DNA from: an uncultured delta proteobacterium
GTDB taxonomy: Bacteria; Myxococcota_A; Polyangia; Fen-1088
Direction of reading: 5' to 3'
Length of the DNA stretch: 64,000 nucleotides
NCBI GenBank assembly: GCA_963767925.1
Contig: CAVYGB010000002.1
Location: 1,536,001 to 1,600,000 of the forward strand
Both the position numbers and the translations under genes were made by a program. The notes under the pieces were generated by a model. That model saw only the letters and a list, made by a program, of their open reading frames with translations. It made no database searches and was not told the origin of the DNA. This document shows positions 28,853 through 39,131 of this stretch, in pieces. How positions within the stretch are numbered: position 1 is the first letter of the stretch; each line of letters starts with the position of its first letter.

Positions 28853-29687
28853 TCAGGACGCCTTGGCCGGTTTGGCGGCGGCGACGGTGAGGATCTCGTC
28901 GACGGCGGATTCCATGGTCTGCTCGTCGACGAAAGCCTGGTCGCGCTCGTGGGCGGCACGCAGGGCCCCGCGCAGGAGTTTGGCGGCGACGCGGAAGACG
29001 CCACGGCTTGCGCGAAAAAGGATCTCGTAGGCGGGATCCGACAGGAGCTTGCTGCGGGCACCGACGCCGTCGAGGCAGGCGTTGATGGGAGATGAAAGCC
29101 TCTCGATCGGTGGTGGGCTCGAAGTGGACCTGGGCGCCCAGGCGCATGGCGAGGGCGTCGTGCTGATGCATCTGCAGGGTCCTGCGCAGCGTGGGCAAGC
29201 CGACCAGCCACAAACAGAGCAGGTCGCGGCTGTCGAAGGCGAAATTGAGAAAGCCCGACAGGTCGAGGAGGAATTTGTCGCTGAGCAGGTGCGCCTCGTC
29301 GACGACGAGCACGGGGGTGGTGCCACGCTCGTCGACCATATGGACGAGGGTCTTTTTGATGTCGGACCAGAGCTCGGAGCGACGATGCGAGGGGCGCACG
29401 CCGAGCTCGATGGCCAGCGTGCGGTACAGGGCCAGGGGCGACACGGCGGTATCACACAGATAGACGACGAGGTGATCGGGCTTGGGCAGGGCCGCGCACA
29501 GGTTGCGGATGGCCGCGGTCTTGCCGACGCCCGGATCGCCCGTGAGCGCGCCGAGACTCGGCTCGTCGATGAGGCGCCCGAAGGCGCGGCGCAGGCGATC
29601 GTAGTTGGCGGTCTTGTCGAAGAAGGTCTTGCCCTGCGCGCTCTTGGGCATAGGGTGGCCGGTGAGGCCGAAACGCTTTCTGTACAT
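28853..29687 (-). CDS. ExeA/TniB-like AAA+ ATPase of the transposon module (frameshift near 29090)
   Basis: MYRKRFGL..HP, Walker A GDPGVGKT, Walker B LVVDEAH, WLVGLP; C-terminal ASRGVFR in the adjacent frame. Confidence 0.85.
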
Positions 29688-29689
29688 GT

Positions 29690-31078
29690 CTACTCCTTTG
29701 TCTGGTCGGTGTTGTCGTCGGTGTCGGTGTCACGGTCGGGCTCGGCAGCGGCAGCGCCGAAGGGACGGCTGCGGCGATAGTGCTCGTCGGCGATGAGAGC
29801 GAGCGGATCGAGGCCGGTGGGCTTGATGGCCGGCAAAGGGACGCCGGCTGCGCGACGGCGAGGTCGAGTGGCGTTGCGAATCCGGTCGAGCGGGACGGTG
29901 TCGCAGTAAAAGTGGCCGTCCTGGAACACGCGGGGCAGCGCGGCCGGATCGCTGGGGTCGAAGCGAAGCTCGATCGCCTGGTCCATCAGCTCGGGGCGCA
30001 CCTCGAGCCAGCGCCCGTAGAAGCGGATGGTGCCGTCCTTGCGCACGGTGCGCGTGGCGCGGTGAAGGAAGACCTCGTCGAGATTCTTGCCCCTGGGGAC
30101 CGGGAGCATGTGCTTGACCTGGTCGAGCCAGTGCTCGCGAGGGATGCGTCCGGTGGTGTCGTGCTTGCGGGCGTGATATTCGCCGCTCAGCCACGCCCAG
30201 TGCAGCTCGTTGAGCTGGGCGAGCGTGAGCAGGCGGCCATCGAGCTCGTCCTCGAATTCCTCGCGCCAGGTGCGGTGCCAGCGCTCGATCGCACCCTTGG
30301 CCGCGGCATCGCCCGGACCCGTGTGCAACAGGTGGATCCCCAGCTCGGCACAGATCAGGCGCGGCGAACGCGCGACGTACGCCGAGCCTCGGTCGACGTA
30401 GTAGGCACGTGGGACGCCGTATTTGAGGATGCTCTGCTTGAACCCGTGCTCCTGCTCGGCGTCCCCCTCGGAGGTCTGCCAGTAGCTGTGGGTCAGGTAG
30501 CGGCAGGCGCAGTCGATCTGCGACAGCAGGTACGCTTTGCGTAGCTCACCGTCGGGCGCGATCACCTTGGGGCCGTGCAGGGCGTCGCCGATCCAGAGGT
30601 CGCCCGCGTGCTCCATGATGAAGGACCGGCGCTCGGCCTCGGGGCCGCGCACCGGTCGCCCCGAGACGCCGTGAGCGAGCAGTAGCCGGTGCACACTCGA
30701 CCGACTCAGCTGGCCCGGGCGCACGACGTGCGCCCGCTCGAGCATGCGAATGATCCGCCTGATGCTCCGGCGCGGGCGCTCCTGCTTGGCACGCAGGACC
30801 ATGTCGGCGACTTCGGCGTCGATGGCGCGGCTTTGTCCGAGGTCGGCCCGATCGCCGGGAAACAGGCCCGAGAAGCCACCTCGCCGGTACGCCCGGTACC
30901 AATCTTCCACCGTACGTGCGCTGAGCCTGACCAGACGGCCGTCCTGGTGCTCGTGCACCCGCTCGGCGGCCAGCGCGTAGTACTGCGCCCGGTCGCCGTG
31001 CTCGAGCCGGGCGCTGATGAGCGGCCCCAGCACCCCCAGTCGCCACAGCGCGACCTTTTCCTTGCGGTCCTTCTCCAT
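29690..31078 (-). CDS. DDE-type integrase/transposase (rve core, Mu-like C-terminus)
   Basis: HTH (SARTVEDW), catalytic WIGD / YVDRGSAY / KGAIERW, and RTVRKDGTI. Confidence 0.9.
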   Translation of the reverse strand: MEKDRKEKVALWRLGVLGPLISARLEHGDRAQYYALAAERVHEHQDGRLVRLSARTVEDWYRAYRRGGFSGLFPGDRADLGQSRAIDAEVADMVLRAKQERPRRSIRRIIRMLERAHVVRPGQLSRSSVHRLLLAHGVSGRPVRGPEAERRSFIMEHAGDLWIGDALHGPKVIAPDGELRKAYLLSQIDCACRYLTHSYWQTSEGDAEQEHGFKQSILKYGVPRAYYVDRGSAYVARSPRLICAELGIHLLHTGPGDAAAKGAIERWHRTWREEFEDELDGRLLTLAQLNELHWAWLSGEYHARKHDTTGRIPREHWLDQVKHMLPVPRGKNLDEVFLHRATRTVRKDGTIRFYGRWLEVRPELMDQAIELRFDPSDPAALPRVFQDGHFYCDTVPLDRIRNATRPRRRAAGVPLPAIKPTGLDPLALIADEHYRRSRPFGAAAAEPDRDTDTDDNTDQTKE

Positions 31079-31168
31079 GCCCCCCTTGTCGCCGGGGGCA
31101 TGGGCCACTTCTGGTGGGAAAATGCGCGAGGCGCCCCGCCGTCCCGGAGGGCCGAGCGATTGACGGGA

Positions 31169-31725
31169 TCACATGAGACGCACCCCGGGCGCGAGCCGGT
31201 GGAGCAACGCCGCCATCTGGGTGAGCCGCTGGCCCACAGGTACATTGGCCATGTGCGCGTGCTCGTGCACCAGGGCATGCCGCGTGCCGGCCAGTCCTAC
31301 CGCCCCGGCGACGGTCGTCAGCGGGGGCGTCTCCGCCGTGGCCACCGTGACGACCAGCAGTGCCGCGCTCGCGGCCAGCCGTCGGAGCCACCGTCGCTGC
31401 GTGCTCGCCGGGACAGGCGCCTCGGTCGGCGAAGCGGACTGCGTCGGTGGCGGTGCCGGCGCCTCCACCGTCTCCTCCACGGTCGGCCAGCTCCGCCAAA
31501 GATGACGGGCCACGAACGCCGGGAGCATCTGCCAGGTCGCCCGGCACGACGAGCACAAGAACCGAATCACGGTGACCACCCCCGCCGGATCCGCCACCAG
31601 CACCCGCGTCCGGTAGTCATGGACGTGAAGTCCCCCCACGCATCTGGGGCACCCCTACCGGGGCCGGTATCCCCCCGAACGCAGCATCTGCTCGTGCCCG
31701 TCAAGGGTCACCACCTCCTCGACGA
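31169..31725 (-). pseudogene. DUF6431-like zinc-finger protein of the transposon module, with an in-frame TAG at 31657-31655; start approximate
   Basis: GYRPR*GCPRC..LHVHDYRTR...RFLCSSCRATWQMLPAF, then an HTH-like ASTQRRW. Confidence 0.6.
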
Positions 31726-32069
31726 TCAGCGTCCCGCCTCTCTGGCTGGACGGATACCGCCGACAAAGGCACTCTTCTGGCTGCGGAGGGGGAGATCGAT
31801 GGTCGGTCACGAGGCACTCCTGGTCCTTTAGCGAGAACCGAAGTGTCTCACCCCCTCCGCGCTTTCGCCTCCCCACCCCCTCGCCAACGCGCGCCGGGAC
31901 CTCGGATCCCCGCAGTGCCACGCCCGCACCCACGGATCAACCGGCAGGCCGGGGCGTCTCGTCTCGCGGTCCGTCCGCGACTGCGCCACCGCTACCGCCT
32001 ACGCGCTACGACCAGAATCCGGGACAACTGCCTCTGGGAACCGCGTCGCTATCCGGTACGGAACAGGCG

Positions 32070-32330
32070 GTGGAGCAAGCGGCGGCGGCGCTGCAGGAGA
32101 AGCGGCGAGCCCTCAAGGAACGCCTCGGCGAACTCTACCGTGAGAAAGAGGAGATCCTCGGAGCTGACCGGGCCCGTCGGGGGCCGTGGCGCTGGTGGTG
32201 CCCTCCTGGTGATGGGTTTGTCGTCAACGTGCGCCCGGGGCGAAAACAGCCGCCTGCGCGGTTTGATCGTGCCGCCCTGAAGCTGATCCATGTGTGCAGT
32301 GCGAGAAAATCGCGACGGCGGTCGCCGTAG
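32070..32330 (+). CDS. Hypothetical protein or fragment
   Basis: 86-aa ORF with a coiled-coil-like start; no recognisable motif. Confidence 0.25.
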   Translation: MEQAAAALQEKRRALKERLGELYREKEEILGADRARRGPWRWWCPPGDGFVVNVRPGRKQPPARFDRAALKLIHVCSARKSRRRSP

Positions 32331-32702
32331 TGACACCGCAGGCAGACGTGGAAAGGGCGCCTGCAAATCGCCGGACCCGCGATCAACCAGACCATCAATC
32401 GAGCTGTCGATCCGCTCGCGGGGAGCGGATTGGAAGGCAGGCTCAGGGCATCCATCGGTCGGACAGGGGCCAGGTCGCTAGAGCTCCGGTCCCGAAACCC
32501 TCTCCCTCACGCGGCTCGGACGTCGACCGCTCACATCATTGCGACTCTCCTCCCGATCCCACCTCGTACGTTAGATCGCGGCGGATTCTAGGCTTCGGCT
32601 GACGCCACCCCCTCCCGCCGTCCTCCCACTCGGGTTCATGGGGCAGGGCCTATCCGCTTGGCCGCCTTGCCAGCCGGAGTCAGCCCGGAGCGGCGCGCGG
32701 GC

Positions 32703-34115
32703 TCAGGCTTCGATGGGGGCGCAGCCGGTGTTGGTCAGCGCGTTGTTGAGGCCGTACGAGGGGCGCTCGATCCCCATGGCCCGCAACATGGTCAGCAGGA
32801 CCTGGTTGGGGTTCTGCTGCGGCCCCCGGAAGTGGATGCCGGGGAACTTCAGCTTGCCGCCGGCGCTGCCCGCCACGACGATGGGGTAGTCGCGGTTCGA
32901 GTGGCTCTTGCCCTCGGCGCAGTCGCTGCTGGCGAGGATGGCGCAGCTATCGAGCAGGTTGCCGGGGCCCTCCGGGCTGGCCTTCAGCTTCTGCAGCAGC
33001 AGGCTGAACATCTTCATGGTGAAGACGGTGGTGGCGTGGATCTGCGGCTGATCCCCCGCCTCGTCGTGGCTGAGCTGGTGGTGCCCGCGCATCACGTTCA
33101 CCTGCCAGAACACCGTGGTGGCGGTGCTGCCCGAGAACATGATGGAGAACACCCGGGTCTGGTCGCAGGCCAGGGCCAGCGCGATGAGGTCGCTCATCGC
33201 GCCCATGATCGGCTCGAGCTGCTCGCCCGCGGGGGTGTCGGGGAAGGCGGCGGGCGCCATCGGGGCGGCGCAGCCGGCCACTCCGGCGACGGGGTTGAGG
33301 CCGCCGGTGGCGCCGTCGGGCGTGCCCTGCAGGCGGCGCTCGATGGCCCGGATGTTCTCCAGGTGCTGGTCGAGGCGGGTGCGGTCACCGGTGCTGACCC
33401 GCGGCTTGAGGCCGGCGATGTCGCGCGAGACGGCGTCGAGGATGCTCCGCCGCAGGGCGGTTGCCTTCTCCAGCGCGCCGGGGCCGCCGCCGGCGGCAGG
33501 ACCCCCGGTGGGGGGCTTGAAGTCGCCGCCGAACAGCCGGTTGAACACCGCGCCCGGATCGTAGATCGGCGGGTTGGCGCTGTCCGGGCCGTTGTGCGAG
33601 ATGAACTGCAAGGTGGTCCCCTCGCGCGTGTTCACCCGGCGAGAGATCCCCACCTCCAGCGAGCGGAAGCGGGTGCCCTTGCCCAGCTCGGCCGCCGCCA
33701 CCTGGTCGATGCTTGGCGCGCTGAAGGTCGAGCGGAAGGCGGCGCCCCCCTTGGGCTGCGAGACCAGCGGATAGCCCGACAGGATGCCGACCTCGCCGGT
33801 GTGGTGCCCCTGCGAGGCGGGGATCTTGATGTCCATCCCCGAGACGAGGTTGATGTAGTCCTTGACCGGGGCCAGCGGCTCGAGCGCCGGCGACAGCGCC
33901 CAGCCGGGACCCTGGACGGCGGGGTTCCAGGACTTCAGGCGCACGCCGTTGCCCCAGAAGAACACCCCCAGCCGGCGGGGCAGGGGGGCGCCCTGGGCGA
34001 AGGCGGTTCCGTTTCCGTTGAGCATCACCTCCAGGGTGGGCAGCCCGACCGACACCGCGGTCCCGCCCAGCAACCCCCGGAGCAACGTCCTGCGTTTGAT
34101 GGCGTATTTCGACAT
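32703..34115 (-). CDS. DUF1552 domain protein with a Tat-like signal
   Basis: KRRTLLRG, LPTLEVM, FFWGNG, SIDQVAA, SILDAV, LDQHLENIRAIE, ALACDQTRV, HQLSH. Confidence 0.88.
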   Translation of the reverse strand: MSKYAIKRRTLLRGLLGGTAVSVGLPTLEVMLNGNGTAFAQGAPLPRRLGVFFWGNGVRLKSWNPAVQGPGWALSPALEPLAPVKDYINLVSGMDIKIPASQGHHTGEVGILSGYPLVSQPKGGAAFRSTFSAPSIDQVAAAELGKGTRFRSLEVGISRRVNTREGTTLQFISHNGPDSANPPIYDPGAVFNRLFGGDFKPPTGGPAAGGGPGALEKATALRRSILDAVSRDIAGLKPRVSTGDRTRLDQHLENIRAIERRLQGTPDGATGGLNPVAGVAGCAAPMAPAAFPDTPAGEQLEPIMGAMSDLIALALACDQTRVFSIMFSGSTATTVFWQVNVMRGHHQLSHDEAGDQPQIHATTVFTMKMFSLLLQKLKASPEGPGNLLDSCAILASSDCAEGKSHSNRDYPIVVAGSAGGKLKFPGIHFRGPQQNPNQVLLTMLRAMGIERPSYGLNNALTNTGCAPIEA

Positions 34116-34126
34116 GGGCAACTCCG

Positions 34127-35797
34127 TTACGGCAGGTCGGCGGCCAGACGAAACCCGTCCGATTCGATGATCCCGAGCAGGGCGGCCCGGAACCGGTTGC
34201 CGGTCATGCCGGCGGTGATCCGCTTGATGAGCACCTCTTCCCCCGCGGTCTCCAGGTGGCCGAGGGCGTAGCGGTACAGGCCCCGCACCAGGCAGGTCTC
34301 GACGTCGGGGTGGCTGCGCAGCAAGGCGGCCAGCTCGCGCGGGCCGGCGAAGGCCTGGCCGTCGAGGTCGCCGCTGGCGTCGATCGCCTGGCCGGCGTCG
34401 CGGGCCCGGAAGGTGCCGAGGGCGTCGAAGTTCTCGAAGGCCAGCCCGATGGGATCCATGCGGGCGTGGCAGGCGGTGCAGGCGGGGGCGTTGTGGCCGG
34501 CGAGCCGCTCGCGCATGGTGCGGGGGCCGGCGCCCGGCCGCTCCTCGGGCAAGCTGGCGTCGACGTCGGGCGGGGGCGCGGGGATCTCGTGGCAGAGGAG
34601 CACCTCGCGCATGAACTTGCCCCGGCGGGTGGGCGAGGTGGTGGCCTCGTGGGCGTTGGTGGCGAGGAAGGAGGCGTGCCCCAGCAGGCCGAGGCGCAGG
34701 CCGTCGGCGGGCAGGTCGGCGCGCGCGAAGCCGTCGCCCGGCGCGGGCAGGCCGTAGAGCTGCCCCAGCTCCCGGTTGACGAAGGTGAAGGGGGCGTCGA
34801 ACACCCGGCGGTAGTCGCCGTCGGGGGCGAGCGCGATCTCCTCCAGCAGGCGCAGGGTCTCCTCGCGCATGGCGGGGCCGATGGTGCGGGTCGCCCGGGG
34901 GAAGTTGGCGGGGCTCTGCTCGAGGTCGTCGAGCCCATCGAGGCGCATCAGCTCGTAAAAGAAGCTGCGCACCACCTCGCGGCCGCGCGGCGAGGCCAGC
35001 AGGCGGTCGGCCTCCTGGCGCAGCCCGCCCGCCTTGCCGAGGGCGCCGCTGCGGGCGGCGTCGAGGAGGGCGTCGTCGGGGGTGCTGTTCCAGAGGAAGA
35101 ACGACAGGCGCGAGGCGAGCTCCCAGCCGTCGAACACCCGCTGCCCGGCCACCACCCCGGGGCGGCCGATCTCGACCCGGTAGAGGAAGTGGGGCGACTG
35201 CAGCAGGCCGGCGGCGGCGTAGCCGAGCCCCTGCCAGAAGTCGCCGAGCATCGAGCCCCCCTGGGTGGCGATGGCGGTGTAGCGGGCGATCTCCTCGCCA
35301 TCGAGCGGCCGGCGCCAGGCGCGCTGGCCGAAGGCGGTGACGAAGCTGCGGGCGCAGGCCTCGTCGACCGGGCCGGCGGGGGTGCAGGTGACCAGGCGGG
35401 CCCGGCGGGCGGGGTCGGCGAAGGCCTGGGTGGCGATGCTGCTGGCCGCGCTCTCGAACTTCTCGGCGGCGGTGGCCGACACGGTGGTCAGCGACGAGCC
35501 GATCGAGGCGAAGCCGCTCAGCACGGTGTCGGGCTCGAAGTCGCCGGGGACGGTCACGTCGGCTCCGAGGAGATCCCGGATGGCGTTGGCGTACTGGACC
35601 CGGGTCAGCCGGCGCAACGTCGCCGGCGCCGGGGCGAACCCGGCCACCGGCGGCCCCTGATTTCCCGCGCCCGACCCACCCGGATTACCGGCCCCGGCCC
35701 CCGCCCCACCCGGACCGCCCGCGGGCGCCTCGAGGATGGAGCCGGAGCATCCGGAGCCCAGCAGGAGGGCGACGGCGAGCGCCCGCGTCTTCGACAT
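34127..35797 (-). CDS. DUF1592/1588/1587/1595/1585 domain lipoprotein with CxxCH
   Basis: LRRLTRVQYANAIRDL, AWRRP, LQSPHFLYR, ELASRLSFFLWNSTPD, TSPTRRG, CTACH, ENFDALG. Confidence 0.9.
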   Translation of the reverse strand: MSKTRALAVALLLGSGCSGSILEAPAGGPGGAGAGAGNPGGSGAGNQGPPVAGFAPAPATLRRLTRVQYANAIRDLLGADVTVPGDFEPDTVLSGFASIGSSLTTVSATAAEKFESAASSIATQAFADPARRARLVTCTPAGPVDEACARSFVTAFGQRAWRRPLDGEEIARYTAIATQGGSMLGDFWQGLGYAAAGLLQSPHFLYRVEIGRPGVVAGQRVFDGWELASRLSFFLWNSTPDDALLDAARSGALGKAGGLRQEADRLLASPRGREVVRSFFYELMRLDGLDDLEQSPANFPRATRTIGPAMREETLRLLEEIALAPDGDYRRVFDAPFTFVNRELGQLYGLPAPGDGFARADLPADGLRLGLLGHASFLATNAHEATTSPTRRGKFMREVLLCHEIPAPPPDVDASLPEERPGAGPRTMRERLAGHNAPACTACHARMDPIGLAFENFDALGTFRARDAGQAIDASGDLDGQAFAGPRELAALLRSHPDVETCLVRGLYRYALGHLETAGEEVLIKRITAGMTGNRFRAALLGIIESDGFRLAADLP

Positions 35798-36046
35798 GGC
35801 TGAAACCTCCGAGCCAGAGTGAACGAGGCCGCGACCCGAGAAACGTTCTCTCCTCGTGTATATCCAACTCCCCCACCCCCCGCGGTAAAAACTGCGCGAT
35901 CCCGCGAACCCCCGGGAAGAACGCCGAACCCCGCGATTTTCCCTAGCTTCCTCCGCGGTTTCCACAGCCGTCTCCGGCCCTGCCCCCCGTGACGACCACC
36001 CCCACCCTTCACGCACCCCCAACGCCCCGCCCCCTCCCCCCGCATC

Positions 36047-36092
36047 CCCCGTCCCCGTATGCGTCCCGTCCCCGTCCCCGTCCCCGTCCCCG
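36047..36092. repeat. Short (CCCCGT)n hexamer tract
   Basis: About 7 imperfect copies read directly. Confidence 0.75.
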
Positions 36093-36113
36093 CTCCCCCC
36101 AGCGCGAGCGACC

Positions 36114-36151
36114 AACTAACGAATTAGTTGTAAACAACTAAGAAATTAGTT
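36114..36151. promoter_or_regulatory. Tandem palindromic operator, AACTAA-N4-TTAGTT twice
   Basis: Copies at 36114-36129 and 36136-36151 (22-bp period), 11 bp before the permease ATG. Confidence 0.75.
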
Positions 36152-36162
36152 ACCACCAACCC

Positions 36163-37618
36163 ATGCGGGCCCTCCTCCGCGATCTCTCCCTCGCCCTCCG
36201 CGCCCACCGCCGCGCACCCGGCGCCGCGCTCCTCGCCACCTTCACCCTCGCCCTCGGCCTCGCGCTGGTCACGGTGCAATACACCCCCGTCCACCACCTG
36301 CTCCTGCAACCCCTCCCGATCGACCCGGCCGGACGGATGGCCAGCGTGCGCTGGCGGGGCCCAGCCCCCCACAGCCGGGCGGCGCGGCCGCGCGATCCGG
36401 ATCTGCAAGCGCTCACCCGCGCCCAGCACGCATTTTCGACCGTGACCGGCTCCGGCAGCGAGGCCATCGGCCACTCGCTGCGGCTGGGCGACGGGCGCTG
36501 GATCCAGGCGGTCGGGCTGGCGGTGCTCCCCGGCTTCCTCGAGGCGACCGGCATCGCCGTCGCCCGCGGGCGGCTGCTGGGGCTGGCCGATCACGCGCCG
36601 GGCGCGCCGCCGGTGCTGGTCGCCTCGCACGCCTTGTGGCTGCGGCTGGGCGCTGACCCGGCGCTGCTCGGCCAGAGCATCTACTTCGACCGGCAAGCGC
36701 GCACCATCGTGGGCGTGGCCGGGCCCCACCCGGGGGTCGACGGCGAGGCCTTCTGGGCGCCGATGGCCCGGCCGGCCGCCGCCGCGCTCCGGGAGACCGC
36801 CGCGCCCCTGCACCTGCTGGCGCCGCTCCGCCCCGGGGTCACGCTGGCCCAGGCCAACCAGGACGTCGCCCGCCTGACCGCGCCAGGGGGCGAGCTGCCG
36901 CCCGAGCTGCTCGCCGAGCTCGGGGGGCTTGAGGTGGTATCGGCCCGGGAGGGCCTGGTGCGGGGCGAGGTGGTGGCGTTTTACCGGCTGCTGCTCGCGG
37001 TGAGCCTGCTGGTCTTGCTATGCGCCTGCGCGAACGTGACCAACCTGCTGCTGGCCCGGGCGGCAGGGCGGGCGCACGCCCTGGCGGTGCGGGTCGCGCT
37101 CGGCGCCTCGCGCGCGGCGCTGGTCCGCCAGCTCCTCGCCGAGGCGATCCCGCTGGGCCTGGCCGCCGCGGCGCTGGGCCTGGCGCTGGCCTGGGGGCTG
37201 ACCGACCTGGCGGCGGCCCAGGCCGCGCTCACCCCGCTGCCGGCGTGGGTCTCCTTCCGGCTCGACGGGCGCGTCGCTTTGGTCGTCACGGGGCTCTCGC
37301 TCGCCACCACCGCGCTGGCCGCGCTGTTGCCCGCCCTGCGCGCCTCGCGGCTCGACCCGCGCGCGGCGCTCCAGGACGGGGCCCGGACGGCGTCGGGCCT
37401 GGGACCGGGGCGGGCCAGCGCGGTCCTCCTGGTCGGGCAGGTGGCGGTGTCGACGGCCGTGCTCCTGGTGGCGCTGTCCGCCGGGCTGACCGCGCGCGAG
37501 CGCGCCGCCCGCCTTCGCCCTCGTCGCCACCACCCTCCTGCTGATCGGCGTCCTCGCCACCGCCATCCCCGCCTGGCGCGCCACCCACCTCCCTCCCACC
37601 GTGGCCCTGCGCCGCTGA
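36163..37618 (+). pseudogene. MacB/FtsX-like (ADOP-type) ABC permease with an internal deletion
   Basis: RDL.LALR, LALGLA, LLCACANVTNLLLARA, AVRVALGASR, LPALRASRLDP, QVAVS, then a jump to a terminal IPAWRA...VALRR* in another frame. The second repeat unit is missing. Confidence 0.75.
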
Positions 37619-37670
37619 TTCCTCTCAGGCGAAGCCGACCCATGTTGTGGCGCCGGCAACCGCGCTGCCC

Positions 37671-37720
37671 GTTCGCCGTCGCCCCGCGGCAGCGGGGAGA
37701 AGGAGGGGTGAGGGGTCTGC
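37671..37720 (+). repeat. REP/BoxC-like repeat, type A
   Basis: Matches the family consensus with few substitutions. Confidence 0.85.
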
Positions 37721-37780
37721 GCGGCAAACCTTCGGTGATCTAGTGCCTTATTCAAGTGGGCGCCCGCGCGGGCCTGTCGT

Positions 37781-39004
37781 TCACCTCGGCTCGGCGCGTT
37801 CGGCGGGGCGGAGGCCGTCGAGGATTGCGTCGGCGTACTCACGCACCCGCCGGGGGTAGTGGCGGCCGTCGAGCTCGACCTCGCTGCCCTGCAACCTCCG
37901 ATACTCGGCGCTCTGATTCACGCATGGGCCTTCCAGCAACAGCACCAGCCCGGGCGTGCGGCGCAGGATCGCGAGGTCGCGGGCGTAGACCCCGCGCGCG
38001 GGATCGACCGCCCGCCAGAACGCCCCGGTCTCCGCGTCGTGCTCGGGCGCCAGGACCGGCAGGTCCAGCCGGCGGGAGAGGGAGGCGCCGAAGCGGCTCG
38101 CCAGCGTGCGGGCCTCCGCCAGCGTGCCGTCGAGGACGCGGCGGAACGCCCAGAACCGCTGTGACGGCGAGGCCAGGTCGCCGCCGCTGGCGTTGCCGGG
38201 CATGAAGACGAGGACGCCGTTGTCGTCGGCCTCGGTGTAATCGTAGTGGATCGACAGCGTCAGGTCGGGGGCGAACGCCGCCGCCGCGGCCGCCCGCCGC
38301 CGCAGGTCGTGGCGGACGTACAGCTCGAAGGGGGTCTCCCGCAGCAGCCGCCGCCGGGCCCACCAGAGCCGCAGCGCCCGCCACACCGTCAGCCAGGCCC
38401 CGGTCTCGGGGTGCTGCTCGGCCAGCCGGTAGCTGGCCTCCCGGACCGGATCGAAGGCCGGATCGGCCTGCCCGGGATAGGCGCCTTCGGGCGGCGGACC
38501 CCGCAGCAGCCGCGTCTCCGCGCCCGCGGCCCGCAGGTCGCGCTCGACCAGCCGGGCGGTGGCCCAGGCCAGATCCCCCTCGCGCACCGGCACCCCGCCC
38601 GCCCGGGCCACGTGCCGCTTCTCGAGCCGGGACCAGGCCCCCCCGAAGTGTCCCGGATCGAGGGCGATCCGCCGGAGCGGCCGCAGCGGCGCGGGCCCCG
38701 CGGCCCCCTCCGCGCGCAGGGGAATCACCACCGCCGGCCGGCGCTCGCCAGCCTGGCGGCGCACCTCGAAGCCGCCAGCGCCGAAGGTGAAATAGGGCCG
38801 CAGCCGCCCCTCGGGATCGACGAGGCCGAGGTCGGCCTCGATCTCGGCCCGCGTCCGCGTCCCGGCGAATCCCTCCAGCTCCCGGTACCGCTCGCCCGCC
38901 ACCTCGTCGCCCCGCGGATCGCACCCGCCCGGCAGCGGCAGAAAGGGGAGGGCGGCAACGGCCGCGCCGAGCGCCAGCCAGGCAAGCCGAGATCGACGGC
39001 GCAT
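37781..39004 (-). CDS. N-acetylmuramoyl-L-alanine amidase (Amidase_3)
   Basis: IALDPGHFGG, REGDL, LSIHYD, LAILR, LLEG; N-terminal signal or anchor. Confidence 0.8.
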   Translation of the reverse strand: MRRRSRLAWLALGAAVAALPFLPLPGGCDPRGDEVAGERYRELEGFAGTRTRAEIEADLGLVDPEGRLRPYFTFGAGGFEVRRQAGERRPAVVIPLRAEGAAGPAPLRPLRRIALDPGHFGGAWSRLEKRHVARAGGVPVREGDLAWATARLVERDLRAAGAETRLLRGPPPEGAYPGQADPAFDPVREASYRLAEQHPETGAWLTVWRALRLWWARRRLLRETPFELYVRHDLRRRAAAAAAFAPDLTLSIHYDYTEADDNGVLVFMPGNASGGDLASPSQRFWAFRRVLDGTLAEARTLASRFGASLSRRLDLPVLAPEHDAETGAFWRAVDPARGVYARDLAILRRTPGLVLLLEGPCVNQSAEYRRLQGSEVELDGRHYPRRVREYADAILDGLRPAERAEPR

Positions 39005-39131
39005 GCAGCGCCCACCGATACCCCCTCCCGACCCCCCAGGCGAGATCAAAAGGGCCGATCGGGCGGGCGCCCGCCGCCCCCGGAGACTCAGGGTCAGAAG
39101 CCGACGGCGCCCGCTGCCGCCCCCCGGTGAC

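Larger units (their letters stand above)
22720..32600. mobile_element. Putative genomic island (lower GC, atypical codon usage); boundaries approximate
   Basis: Visibly more A/T in third codon positions at 22.8-27.4 kb, next to an integrase/ATPase module. No att or direct repeat identified. Confidence 0.55.

Noticed and set aside
22988..32026. TGTCCCGG / CCGGGACA as island terminal inverted repeats
   Set aside because: Only 8 bp match, the flanks are not duplicated, and this is expected by chance in GC-rich DNA.
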